Made by a program: the position numbers and the translations under genes
Notes under the pieces: generated by a model
The model's database searches: none
What the model saw: only the letters and a program-made list of their open reading frames with translations
Told to the model about the DNA's origin: nothing
NCBI RefSeq assembly: GCF_018350175.1
Contig: NC_058368.1
Coordinates: 237,648,001 to 237,712,000 of the forward strand
Reading direction: 5' to 3'
Origin: Felis catus
Taxonomy: Eukaryota
Length of the DNA: 64,000 nucleotides
Shown: piece by piece, positions 25,085-37,689 of the stretch
How the letters are laid out: the number at the start of each line of letters is the position of its first letter
Numbering within the stretch: position 1 is the first letter of the stretch

Positions 25085-26650
25085 GTATTTCTAGAGATAC
25101 GGTGTGCGTACGATGAAACCCACCTCTCCTAAGTGCACAGTCTGACGAGTTTTGACAAATGCATGCGGCCATGTAACAACCAACACAAGAAAGACTGAGG
25201 CCGTTTCCACCAGCCCCCCCCCGCCTCCTGCCCCTTTACCGTCAATCCTCTCCCCTGCCCCCTGACAGCCACTGACCTATTTCTGTCGCTCGACGTTTGC
25301 CTTTTCTGGAATTCTGCATACGGCTTGCGGTGTTCTCGTGCCTGACTTCCTTGTACGGAGCACATGCCGCTGAGACTCACCCATGTGGTGGAGTGTGTCA
25401 GGACTTTATTCCTTTGTATCACCGAGCGGTATTCCATTGTGTAAATTTGTCACGATTTGTTTCTCCATTCACCGGATGATGGACATTTGGGCTGTTTCCA
25501 GTGTTTAGCTATTAGGCATAAAGCTGCTGTAAATACCCGTGTTCAGGTCTTTGTGTGGACATGTTTTCATTTCCCTTAGGTGACGACTCAGGAGGGAGGC
25601 TCCTGACTCATAGGGTACCAGACTGTCTTCCCAAGTCGCTGTGGCCGTTGCCTTCCCCCCAACAAGGAGTGGAGGCCCTGACGGCTTCCCGGTGTCACCA
25701 GCATCTGGCATGATTAGACTTTTACCTTCCTGGACGTCCCAGAAGCGATCTTTGTTTCCACTTCCCCGATGAGTGACGAGCGGAGCTTCCCCGCGTTAAC
25801 CACACGCGCAGCTCTCGTGTTCTTTCCGTTGTAGGTTCTCAGTTTTTTGTTACGGAATTACCATATTAGGTATAAGAATTCTTTATATTTTTGAGGGGGG
25901 CACAATCTTTAAATGCTTTGTAGATATTGTCTCCCACCCCGAGGTTGTTTTTTTTTTTTTTTCTTTTCATTTTTTCTAGAAGTATCTTTGGAAGGACAAA
26001 TTCTTTACCTTTTAATGAAGTCCACTTGATGTGATGGCGTTTCATCAGGCTTTGGACACCCTCTCGAAGCATCCTGAGTAGCTCAGGGTCGTAAAGATTT
26101 GGACCTAAAATACACTAGAGAAGATGTGTGGTTTTAGCCGTTAACGTCTAGGTCTGTGTTCTGAGTTTATTTTCGTGGATCGCGTGAAGCAAGGATTCAG
26201 TTCCATTTTGTTTTGTGTTTGTACACGAACATCTGACTGTTCTGTCAGCATTCGTTGAAAAGAATACCCTTCCTGCATTGAATTGCCTTGGTGTCTTTGT
26301 TGAAAACCAGTTGGCTGTGTATGTGTCGAGCCCACCTCTGGATTCCTGGATAGAGTCCATTGGTTTTCATGCCAACACCACACTTTCTTGATCACTGTAA
26401 CTTCGTAGAAATCTCGAATAAAGTAGAGGTCCTGTATTTCTGTTCTTTCTCAGAACTGAGTTAGATGTTGTGAGTCCATCCCATTTCCACACGAGGTGTT
26501 TGATCATTTTGTGAGGTTTACTCTCAAGTATTTCTTGGACGTCATGCTATTGCAAACAGTACTTTTTGTGTGTCAGATGTCTAATTAATTGTAGCTTGCA
26601 TATAAAAACACAATAGATTTTTATACACTGCCTCTGCCTGGTGACCTTTG
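25085..26650 (-). mobile_element. Ancient L1 3' portion (L1ME/MB-like), part A
   Basis: 'aagtgcacagtctgacgagttttgacaaatgcat' 3' UTR motif; ORF 26141-26395 'KKVWCWH..QW..SRNPE' resembles L1 ORF2. Confidence 0.8.
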
Positions 26651-26673
26651 TGTCGGTTGTGTGTTTGTTCATC

Positions 26674-27305
26674 GCACGTGAATGTTTCTAGCAGCTTCAT
26701 TCATTATTGCCAAAAACTCAGAAGCAACCGCGTTGACCTTTAGTAGGTGAGTAGAGGAGGGAAAGGTGGCATGTGTATACAGGCGACCGTCATTTACTGC
26801 GATAACATAGATGTGGGCATGTACACTCACATGTAACTATATTATGACAACAATAAACAGAAATGGGCTATCAAGGCAGTGAAGGAAGCCAGCCTGGAAA
26901 GGCTCTGTACTGTACGATTCCAACTCTGTGACATTCTGGAAAAGACACAACTAAGGGAAGATCAGTGGTGGTTCAGGGTTTGCAGGGAGGAAGTGAAGAA
27001 CCGGTGGGGCGCAGAGCATTTTTAGGGTGACAAGACTATTCCGTGTGAGCCGTCACGGTGGATCCGCGTCATTACGCATTCGTCCGCATGCGCAGAATCT
27101 GCAACACCCTCAGTGAACTCTGTGGACTTTTAGTTAATAATAATCTATCACTGTCTGTTCGTCAGTTGTGACGAACGTACCACACCCGGGCGAGAGACTC
27201 AGAAAATGTGCGCATGGGGGAGATGGGACACGGCAACTGTGTGCTTTCTATACAATTATTCTGCAAACTTAAAACTGCTCTAAAATTAAATTAATTAAAG
27301 TAAAA
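26674..27305 (+). mobile_element. L1MC-like 3' end
   Basis: 'gaatgtttctagcagcttcattcattattgcc...tactgtacgattccaact..gacattctggaaaa...cttaaaactgctctaaaa', the sense counterpart of the element at 1318-2560. Confidence 0.85.
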
Positions 27306-27427
27306 ATTATGCGTTCTTGCGGTTATTGGCTTTGAGGGCCATTACATTAATTCCCCTAACCAACCAGGATGAAACCTCCAAGCTTCCCTCCCTGGCTTTA
27401 ACGTTATGACATCTGCTGACATCTAGT

Positions 27428-27840
27428 ACTCACTCAGCAACCACTTACGGAGAGCCGGATGCCGGAGATGCCTCAGGATACAGGGGGACAAGGTGCCTGT
27501 CCCCGTGGAGGACACTTTGAGGGAAGACAGATACGTAGGCCCGACATTAGAATGATGTCAGACAGCGGTAATCAGGGAGAAGGAAGTTGAAAATAAAAGC
27601 GTGGTAGTGTAGTAGAGTGATGGGGTGGGGAGGGGGTCCGGGGCCTCTCTGGGAAGCCGGTTTTTGAACTGAGCCACGAAGGTGGACAAGGAAGCTGTGT
27701 GGGGAAAGGCACCAGGCAGGGCAGACAGCAAACGTATGGCCCTCGTGAGCGAGGCTTTAAAACGACGGCCAGTGTGGCAGGGCCGGGGCCACAGGTAGGG
27801 AGGGGCAGGAGGTGGAGATGGACGGGCCGGCACCAGGTCC
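27428..27840 (-). mobile_element. L2 3' fragment
   Basis: actcactcagcaaccacttacggagag terminus; 'ggcctctctgggaag...ttgaactgagcc..gaagg', 'ccaggcagggcagacagcaaa'. Confidence 0.65.
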
Positions 27841-27884
27841 CAGAAACGCTCCCTTCTTTTTGTTCAGGGAAGCTTCTAGAAGAT

Positions 27885-28800
27885 AAGTCTTAGTAGCTCA
27901 TTTTGTGGATTGGTTCACATTTTCTCCATATGTGACCAAGTCGTCTAGAAGACATTTTTCTTTTTTTCCAATCTGTATGTTTTTCACCCTTCCTTTTAAA
28001 AATTTTTTTTAATTTGTATTTATTTCTGAGACAGAGAGAGACAGAGGCACAAGTGGGGAGGGGCAGAAAGAGAAGGAGACACAGGATCCGAAGCAGGCTC
28101 CAGGCTCCAAGCCATCAGCACAGAGCCCGACGCGGGGCTCGAACTCATCAACCGTGAGATCATGACCTGAGCCGAAGTCTGACGCTCAACCGACTGAGCC
28201 ACCCGGGCGCCCCTTTCCCCCTTTCTATCCCTAGAGTTTTTGCTGATAGTTTTTGTCATAAAGGGGGATCAGACTTTGTCAAGTGCCTTTTCTGCATCCA
28301 CTGATACGATCATATGATTTTGGTTTTGCTATTTTAATCTGGTATGATTTTGAAATGTGAAACCATTAGCGTTCTTGGGCTGTATCCCACTTGGTCATGA
28401 AACAGTATCTTCTCTTATGAATTGCTGGGTTTGATTCACTAACATTTGCATAAGGAATTTGACGGCTAGACTTACAGTCTTTAGTTTTGTGGGAAGGTCC
28501 CTGCCTGCTTCTCTTACGAGTCCACTCCCGGCCCTATGAGTATATTCAGGAGTTTCTGTGGGGCCAGAGTCTGACAGCATCCCCGGAGAAACCATCCGAA
28601 CGGGAGCTCTCTCCGGGGAAGGTCTTAGAGTGGAAGCCACCGTAACAGACACAGGGCCTCTGTCTTCAGTGCAGTCTGGTGGTTTTGGTCACGCGAGGCC
28701 TTTGCCGATTTCACCTGAATTGTGGGAGGTGTTGGCACGAAGCTGTTTGCAAACGCCCTCGCTCTCCTTGCAACGTTTGTAGACTCTGCACGCGTGGCCT
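27885..28800 (-). mobile_element. Ancient L1 ORF2 fragment, part B (interrupted by a SINE)
   Basis: ORF 28395-28652 'VKFLMQMLVNQTQQFIRE' resembles the RT motif KILNKILANRIQQHIK; collinear with the in-window L1 at 38960-39930. Confidence 0.75.
28002..28213 (-). mobile_element. Can-SINE nested in L1
   Basis: Full body ending gccacccgggcgcccc. Confidence 0.96.
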
Positions 28801-29559
28801 GTCCCTCAGAGTCCGGGCGCGGGGACGCTGAGTGAAGCCTGGGCCTGTGGCTCTGGTGCAGTGTCCCGGCCTCCCCCTGGAATGCCTCCTGGGGCCACGC
28901 TTTCCATTTTCCAGTGTCTGCAGGTCACAAGTAGCTTTTCCTTCGGGAAACTGCCCAGGACCCCCACACTTCCTTCTGGGGCTAGACCTGCGGGTGGAAG
29001 TCACAGGTAGAGGGAGGCCTGTAAAGTCTCCCGCTCTGAGCAGTGCTCCCCGAGCGAGCGGTGGAGAGGCACGGAAGAGGCAGACGCTGACTGGGACAGA
29101 GGGTACGCCCCGGGACCAGAGTCCAGGGCCCTGACCACCCACACGTGTCTTTCCGCGCTCTGTGCTCGGGCCCTCTGGTCTTGCGTTCACACGGCCTGCT
29201 CGCTCTCGGCTGCTCAGAGTGGGGGACGCGGTCCTGGCGGTGACACTGCTCCAAGAGCCCCACCAAACGTCACTGGACAAGGTGGGAAATGTCTCGATGC
29301 TAAAAGCAAAACAAAACCAGAAAACCCTTGGTGCCCTGTGGCTTCCTCCCCAGCTCTGAAACAGGTATTTCCGCAATTAACAGAGGAACCATACGGGATC
29401 CGGGGGCTCGTATGTAACCTTCTCGCCTTCATCACGGGGGGAGACATAGCCATGATCGCTGGGAGTCTGAATGGCAGATTTCGTGTGGAAAGTTCGCTTT
29501 AATGAACGGTAGCAACAGCCTGCAGGGACATTGGCTCCTTGTTGGATCGTCCCGTACTC

Positions 29560-29730
29560 CAGCCCTTGTCAGACTTCTTCATCTGAATCTCTGTATTTGC
29601 TCGGAAACCCACGAGGTGAGTATCACTTTTATCCCCATTGAGCAAACAAAGCAAAACGAAGCCCAGGCCTGGCCCTCGGAGAGGCTGGGGCAGGTGTCAC
29701 AGTGGGTCGTGGGGGGCTCACCGCGGCGCC
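29560..29730 (-). mobile_element. MIR fragment
   Basis: 'aacccacgaggtgagtatcacttttatccccatt...aaaacgaagcccag' MIR core-like. Confidence 0.6.
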
Positions 29731-32700
29731 CCAGGGCCTTGCCGCGGCACTTAGCATGATCTGTTACTGTCACAACTGCAACCCTTTCGTTAAACGTGCC
29801 TGTTTGAAAACGCTTGAAATGTTTGGCTTGTGGTGCTCATGGGGCGGGGAGGTTATTGGGTAGGCTACCACGAGAACTGTCTGGAAAAGGTCCGGAGAGA
29901 TGGGCTGCTTGCACATGAGCCTGAGCTGTCCTCGCCCAGTGTCCGTTTCTCCTGAGGTCACTTCTTTCCAGACCGGCCGGCCGGGAGAGAACGTGAGGTT
30001 CGACGCGGCGAGCGAGGCTGATGGAGAGGCACACGGGTCGTGGTGCCGGGAGAGGGAATCTAAAGCCCGTGTTACAGGCAATTAGGACACCTCTGGATGA
30101 AGAACCTCTTGGTAACCTCAGCGCTGCGCCATTCATTTGTCTGGTTCGCTTTCTAAAATAAAGCACCGGTGACCGGGAGTAAATCTCAATGTGCTTTGGC
30201 TTCCCGGGGTGTTTTAATTTCCCATGCGTTGCTTTTGACGGTGGGGCTCACGGACTGACACAGGCTCTCCCGTAGCTTTGGATTTTATCACATGCCTGGG
30301 AGTGGGAAGGTGAAAATCCCTACACAGAAAAGACAAAACAGAACAGAAGCTCAATAAACAAAAATAACAGCGGAACTCCAACCCCCAGAGATCTGTGTGT
30401 GGCCCACAGCTGTGCTGGGCGGTGTCCCTTCTAGTCCCAGTCGTGGGGCCAAGTGTGCAGGTGCGGCCTGCTGGGAGCGAGCTCGGCCCCGTGCGCGAGG
30501 AGGCTTCTCTTGTTTCTGTCTGCAGACAGCCATTCTTTACTGCTGTTGGTGCTCTGACCCTGTTTTGCAACCACCCCACGCGCCTGTCCCCCGAAATCCC
30601 GGGTCTCTGCGTGATAGAGTGGGGCTGTGGCTCCTGGGGACGTGAGCATCACCCCCAGTACCAAGCCCACACTGAATCCCGAGGGAGTATTCCCCCCGCA
30701 CCCCCAAGAGCCAGGACGAGCCCTCGCCCCCAAATTTAGCGCCTTTCTGGCTGACTTCCAGATCTGTGTCAGATTGTGACCAGCCTACTTCCCAGAAGTC
30801 TGACCCCTGGATATGGCAGGACTTACAGCAGTGACTTAGCACAAAGTGACACAGGGAATGCCTCGTGCGAGCTTGCCAGAGTCAGAGTAGAACCAACACC
30901 CCGAACCTTCTAGTGTTTTCCGTCAGTGGTGGTGACAATCCGGGAACGCTGACCAGACACAATACAGACTCAGGCTGGATACTGTCAGATCCAGCTGGGC
31001 CCGGGATTGCTGGCGTGCACCCCGCACCCCCAGGTTCCCCCACCTTCTTCCCCCATGGCCCCTCCCAGGTCCCCCTTGCCCACTGGTCTGGCCCGTCATG
31101 GCCATGAATGGCAGACCCCTGGGCAGGTGCTGGCAGGATCCTGGGGCGTGGGAGGAAGGAGAGGCCAGGAGATTTCTCCTCCTCTTCTCTGCTATGGCTG
31201 ATTCTCCCTCCGTCATCACATGCCTGTCCTCTGAGGTCCACGGACTGCAAACGGGCCCCCTTTCTGAGGGCCTGGTCTCCAGATTCATCATCCCCATCAG
31301 CCTCGGGCTCTGCTCACATCACCTCCTCTGTTCCTCCCCCAGGCAGAGTAACCAGGTCGCTGCTGCTAAGTTCTTGTGGGCGCCCCAGTCGGGTGGATGT
31401 CCCAGTCTGGTGGGCGACCCACCTTTCCCTTCACCTTTGCGGCCACCCTCACCCCACCGGCTGGCCTGGGTTCCGTTGCCTCGACCAGGCTGAGGCTCGT
31501 ACAAGCCTGTGGACAACCCACCACATTCAGGGTCTATAATTTGGGTCCATGGTGATAAAATATTCACAGGGAGGCTAGCCGGAGCCAGAGGAAGGGCAGG
31601 TCGGTTCCATCAGCGGCTCTGAGCCTTTGTTTTCAACGTCTCCGTAGATGGGCATTTTTCGTTCTGCCAGGGGCCCCAAATCTGGTTATTTCACAGGTAA
31701 CAGAGCCCAGTGGGGCCCGTGCTGAAGGCCGGGCGGGAGGCCTGCGTGTTGGCGGGGTCACCTCTGTGGGCCACCGAGCGCACAGAGGGGACGGCGAGCC
31801 CGCGCGCCCACGGCGGGAAGGCCCCCAGGGCTGTGATGTGTGACGTGCGCTGGCTGAACGGGGAGGCCGTTCAGGCCGGACGCCGCACCGCCGAGCTCCG
31901 CGGCCAAAGGCCACCCTCGGCTGTGCTCAGACCCACCTGACGTCCCCCCACGGGTGCCGCTGGCAAGGTTGGGCGGGTGCAATTGAAATTTGGACAATCA
32001 GGGTATGACACCAGAAACAGAGTTCACCCAGAAGGTTTCCGCTGGAGTCTCGACAACGAGGAAATAGGAACTCAACACTATATGGTGTATCTATTTGATC
32101 TTTCAAATCCCCTTTTTGCCTTAGCAGTGAAAATCGTTTTAAAAAATCCAAAGACAAGTATGGAGGAAAGGGATTTCTCTGTGGTGTAAATCATAACCAC
32201 CAGAAGGCCGTGTCTGGGGGCACAGGAACCGGCCGATGTCTTCTGTGGCACCGGTGTGCCCGTCCTGGAGCAGCAGGAAATGGACGTAAAGGATCAGCAG
32301 CGATGCCCTTTGCCGCAGGAGGACAGCCATGGATCTAAACGTACACACGGACATTGAACGCCCCAGGCTCGCGCTGAGAAAGGACTCTCGACGTTTTGAA
32401 GCCTGCGGGACGTCGAAATGTTTGAAGCTCAAATTTGAGAGCGGCACATTTTGAGCATCCGTTGAGGGAGGAAGTATGCGGTGACGATGATGCCTTTACT
32501 GTACTTGGAGAGCCGTCCGCACGCGTTCGAAGAGGCGCTGGTGTCCCACACGTGCTCCCAGCTGCATGCGCTCTGTCCCCACGGCGTGCTGAATGCTCCC
32601 TCGTTTCCTGGGGCCTGCTGTTCTGGTCCTTCTCTCCCCCTGTGGGGCCCCCGGCCCCCACCAGGGCAGCTCACCATCAGGAGCAAGAAGGAAAGAAATG

Positions 32701-33429
32701 CACCACCGTCCACAAAGTGGCTTCTTTCTCTTGGGTGACGGTTCCCGCTCCTGTGCAGCCTGACCCCCACCTTACAGGCACAGTCTTAGCAAGGGCCCCG
32801 CATTGCACGCTCACTCACACCTGTGCTCTTCCGCTGTCTTCTTCTGTTCCAGGGCTCTCGGCGCTCGAGACCCCCAAACACTCAGCCTCGTGACGAAGCT
32901 TGTTCCGAGCGACCCTCGCGTCCGTGTGCAAGGTGGCGGGCAGGCGGCCGCGGGCTGGCCCTGCTCAAGGCACTGAGCCAGCGAGCGTCCCAGCAGCCTC
33001 CGCACCCATCGCTGCCTTTACGTGAGCCGGGCTTCGGCCTTCGCTTCCTGAAGGTTCCTGGACACGCCCCCCGCAGCGGGAGCATGAGCCGCAAAGCAAA
33101 ACCAACGTTTCGGTTGATTCAGTCTCCCCAGGCCACATTACAGCTGGTTTACATTTCTTGATCAGAGATCTCTAATCTTGCCTTAGCACGGCCCTCGTGT
33201 GACTTCCCTCTTCCGCTGAAATTTAATTCCATTGGGCAAATATGTGTAACCGTTCGCTGCTCACGCTGTGTCCTGAGACAAGCAAGGGAGTGGGAGAGGT
33301 GCCCTTCAGAAAGGCCCAGGTGCCGCCGGACAGGGCTTCCAGGCTGCCGGCGCGGGAAGAGGGAGGGCGCTGCCTCGGTCCGGTTTCGGGGCAACAGCAG
33401 CACTGGCGGGCTTTATGCGTCTGGTCTGC

Positions 33430-33763
33430 CATCACTCGCTGTTTGCAAACTGGGGACCAAGGAAGCTGCTGCCGCCGTCTGAAGGGGAGCCAGTGGTGTG
33501 GGCCCCGGCCCGGGGCCAGGTGAAGACCAGTGTCCCAGATGCAGAAGTCGGGCAGAGAGTGAATTCTCCTCTCCTCTGCCTTTTTTTCCGTCCGGGCCCT
33601 CGGAGCGCTGGACGAGGCCCACCCTCGTCAGAGAGGACAACCTGCTTCACTGACTCAAATGCTAACCTCACCCAGAAACAGCCTCACAGACACAGCCTGA
33701 ATCAGGTTCGAGCAAATACCCCGGGTGCCTGTGGCCCTGGTGGATGTAAAATTGACCGTCACA
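33430..33763 (-). mobile_element. ERVL solo LTR (MLT2B-like)
   Basis: 'actgactcaaatgctaacctcacccagaaacagcctcacagacac...taaaattgaccgtcaca' terminus typical of MLT2. Confidence 0.8.
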
Positions 33764-35434
33764 GGTGGACAGGCCCAGGTGGGTGTGGCCGGCTGGCCAT
33801 TTCCCTGATCGCCCCTAGAGTGATGTGGTCCTCACGGCCTTCCAGGAAGTGGGCTAAGATCTGTCTGCGTGCTTTCCAGAGCGGTGAATAAGGCTCTGTC
33901 TCCCAACCTCATCCACGCCTCCCTCCGTCTGGACGTATCCATGGCGAGCGGGGCGAGCGGGTTGCGTAGGCCGAGCCTTGTCCCCAGTGACCACTGGGGA
34001 GCCGTGTGGCCGCACCTGCCTCTCGGCGCTTAGTGGGAAGAACAGAGCCAGTCCCATACAAGGAGGACGTGTTGACCGAGGGGACAAAGGTGGAATCGTT
34101 CCCCCAGGCCGGCTCGTGGTGTTATCAGCTGGAGAACGCCGTCTCGCTTGAACAGAGCCCGCCACGGCCTCACATAATGAAGTGCAAACAGGATTTTGAA
34201 AAAAGGGTGCACAGCCCACAATTTTGTAAGGAGCTCTGGTTGGACTTCCTGCCTACACTGAGTTTAATCGGTGGGCCGTCCACGTCAGGCATTTTCACGC
34301 AATGTCTACCCTTCGGCAAGGTTCCCACAGAGCACAGAAAGTGGAAAGAACCTCTTCCCATCTGCTGGGTGGCCACACATTAGGCACGGTGCTAACACCC
34401 AGCGAGAACCCGCATTTCACGTTCTTCTGCAGCGCTTTCTACGGTCAAAGCCTTCTCCTGCCTCCGGTAAGTCGAAATTTTGTTGATCGTCCCTTATTTT
34501 TCTAACCGAGACGCCTACCCGTTGGCCGGGAAACAACATGACTCATTCGAATCTAATGACCTCGGTGTGGAATTGCAATCTTGGAGATCGAGTAACGCTT
34601 CAGACCCCACCCCTCCCGAAGAGGACGGGCAAATAAGTGGTCGGGAAAGGTGCGTGGTTCTGCTTTTCCAGTTATGGGGTCAGGAGGTCGTCCGTCCCCA
34701 GGCGGCCGGCAGTTAGGGCGCCCACGATGCCACACGGTCACGAGGCACCGCCTGGACCAGACCCCGGGGCGGGACGCGTTCCGTCCAGAGGGACACAGAC
34801 CGTCCGTAGGGCTCAGGTAGAGACACGGCCGCAACATCTACCGTTTGCCCCGAGATGGTGTTTCACACGTTTTAGATTACGGAGCTTAAATTAGCATGTC
34901 TGATAAGACACACGGCCTCCGTCCCGTCAGAGGGGCACCCGGTGCGGCCTCTGCGGCCAGCACCGTGACCTCCGAGCAGTCAGGGGAGTCACCGCTGGAA
35001 ATTATTTATCACCGAGCAGTCATTCCATTTCAGCCTCCTGGGTCTTTTGCATCTAATTGACACAGCAATAATGGCCTATGAACTTTTGATCCAATTAATT
35101 GTTAATGAGAGGTTTGATTAGCAAATAAAGGGCCTATTAGGTTGGGTGGTTGTCTTTCTGTCATAATAGCGGGGTCAACATTCCGCAAAGGGAAAAGTGA
35201 AAGGGGTGCCGGCTATCCACCCTTTTAAATAAGCCACGTGAGCTGTGGTCTTTAACACCAATTTTGCCCTTCCCCCCCCCCCCAGAAACTCACGGGCAAG
35301 TACACACACACTATATATTTTTTAAAGTGTACTTACAGATGCTTTTAAAAAATTATAATGATCACGCTTGTCCTCAATGACTGTAATTTCGAATTCTACT
35401 GACCCAGTGCAAACAGTAGAAGAAATCCTATTTC

Positions 35435-35658
35435 TTTTTTTTTTTAATTTTTTTTAACGTTTATTTATTCTTGAGACAGAGAGAGACAGAGCATGAACAG
35501 GGGAGGGGCGGAGAGAGAGGGAGACACAGAATCCGAAACAGGCTCCAGGCTCTGAGCTGTCAGCACAGAGCTCGACGTGGGGCTCGAACTCAGGGACCGT
35601 GAGATCATGACCTGAGCCGAAGTCGGACGCTTAACCAACCGAGCCACCCAGGCGCCCC
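35435..35658 (-). mobile_element. Can-SINE
   Basis: Perfect TSD agaaatcctatttc at 35421-35434 and 35659-35672. Confidence 0.98.
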
Positions 35659-35882
35659 AGAAATCCTATTTCATCTTCTGTGATGGGCTTCCTTATATAT
35701 ATTTTTTCAAAATGAACATGAATTTACATTTTTCTGACTCTAAAAGTAACGTATGCTCATTGGAACGGATTGAGAGCGTCATGGAGCTCATTTTTGGCAA
35801 GTGAAGGCCAGCCACGACTCCGCCGCTGGGAGGGAGTAATGGCTAGCGCCCTGTTGCCCGTCAGACCCCGTGGGTGGGCTGG

Positions 35883-35901
35883 GCACCTCCAGGGGGCGCT
35901 G
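35883..35901 (+). promoter_or_regulatory. Candidate CTCF binding site
   Basis: gcaCCTCCAGGGGGCGCTG matches the CTCF core CC[AT][CG][CT]AG[AG][GT]GGC[AG]C. Confidence 0.55.
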
Positions 35902-37689
35902 TTCGTGCCTGGATCCACCTGAGTGGCTGGGAAGTGGGGCTGTGCCCACCTGCACAAGCGCTGGCCCGGCCTGGACGTTCTTGTACATGTACTTATGTGA
36001 ATATGTGCATCTGTGTGGTTTAAAAAATGGGCTAGTTTTGTTGGAATCCTACGTTTACAGTAAACTTATAAATTGCTTTCTCCAAGAGATCTTCTTGTCA
36101 TGTTCTGAGTCCTCCCTGAAGAATGTGAAGTCGTAGGACGCCTGTCTGCTGGCTTTCATTGGTGCTTGGTGCATAGAAACTGTTTCTCTACCCGTCACGT
36201 GTGTGTGGGGTCCCAGACCACCCCGGCGAGACCCGCGGTAATGAGGACTGGTTTCTGCTCTGCCTGCGACAGGTAAGTCAGCAGGAAGCGCCGGTGTGCT
36301 GGGTGCTCACAAGGACCGCTCTCAACTCCAGGTGCCACTTGCTGTGTGACAGGGTCACAGCGTGCCCGGAGAAGCTTCTGCTGAGAGTTCACCTGCAGAG
36401 CTTCGCACTTGTGATGCTAATATATTTTTGAGAGTGAACACATCAAGTTGTCAATCAATCCAGCCTACAGATCGTGGCATTTCAGCTCCCTGACTTATTA
36501 AGTGTGTGACCTTCTGCAGCGAGCTCAGCTCCTGGGAGCCCCACGACCCTTCTCCATGTGAAGAGTGGGTGATCACGGGTGAGCCTCGGAGCCCGTCTGT
36601 TCTGAGGCACTGGGACCCGGAAAGCATTCGGCAAATAAGAACCGTGAGTGCCGTTCTTTTTTATAGCACAATTCTAGTAACGGGAGTCAGATATCCGCAT
36701 GGGGTGTGGTTGAGTTAAATCCAATGGCCCTGTTCTTAAACGGTAGACAAAATGGGTGCACTGATAACACGGACAGAGGGACAGAAGGTGGATGATCGTA
36801 CTTGGAAGCTGCCAGGCATGGGCCACGTGAACCGAACGTTGGAGCCTTCGGGCAGCCGAGGACGATGGGGTTTAATCGCACTCTTACACTTGGTGGGTTC
36901 GCCCTCAACAACAGGGGCACGTATTTTGCATATTGAAACAGTTTGTTTTACCTCTGGTTCCACGTCGTCTAAGCCTGACAAAGGCAGGTCAGGCTGAGCA
37001 GCCCAGGACCTTCTCTCACCATGGAAAGAAGGGGCCCTGTGTGTTTTCAGAGCCACGCCAAGCAGGAGGGGAAGTGTCTCGAGGGAGGACATGCACTGGG
37101 ACTACCTGGAAGGAGAAGTGAATGGAGACAGCGGGAAGAGGCAGGCATAGAGCAGGGCAGGTATGTTCAGGCTGGTGCAGGGACTCTAGGCACAATTCGT
37201 GGTGGGGTCAGGGGGACATGCTTCTTGAAGAAGCCCAGCACCTGGCTGCCCCACCAGGGTGGGGCAGGGGGAGCAGTGGCAGACGGGCCAGACTGGGGCT
37301 CAGCTCGCGGATGCCTGCCACCCTCTCATGCCATCTGGTCTCTGTGCACGGGTGTGGAGATGTGGAGACACCTGGCGAATTGGTGGTGGGACAGGAGGCC
37401 ACAAAGATTTTTTGGAAGCGATACGAATGGTAAAGAGGTTGACTCTGGAGCAAGATGGCAGCGTCTTGCTCCAGATGACCAGATGGCACTTTTGTATCTT
37501 AGCGGTGCTCCGTGCGCTCTCTGGGTCAGACGATCCACCTCAAGGACCCAGCGAGGCAGCCAGGCTCCTTTCCACCCCCACCATCACGGGATCATCTGAC
37601 CACCCCTCTCCCCACCTTCACTCAGGGACCATCTTGAACCAGAGGAGGGGGAAAGTCTGGAAGGAGACCAGTTACTCCAGAGAGATCAC

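Noticed and set aside
29390..29500. Protein-like frame YGIRGLVCNLLAFITGGDIAMIAG
   Set aside because: No good splice acceptor or donor, runs into a stop, no recognised homology
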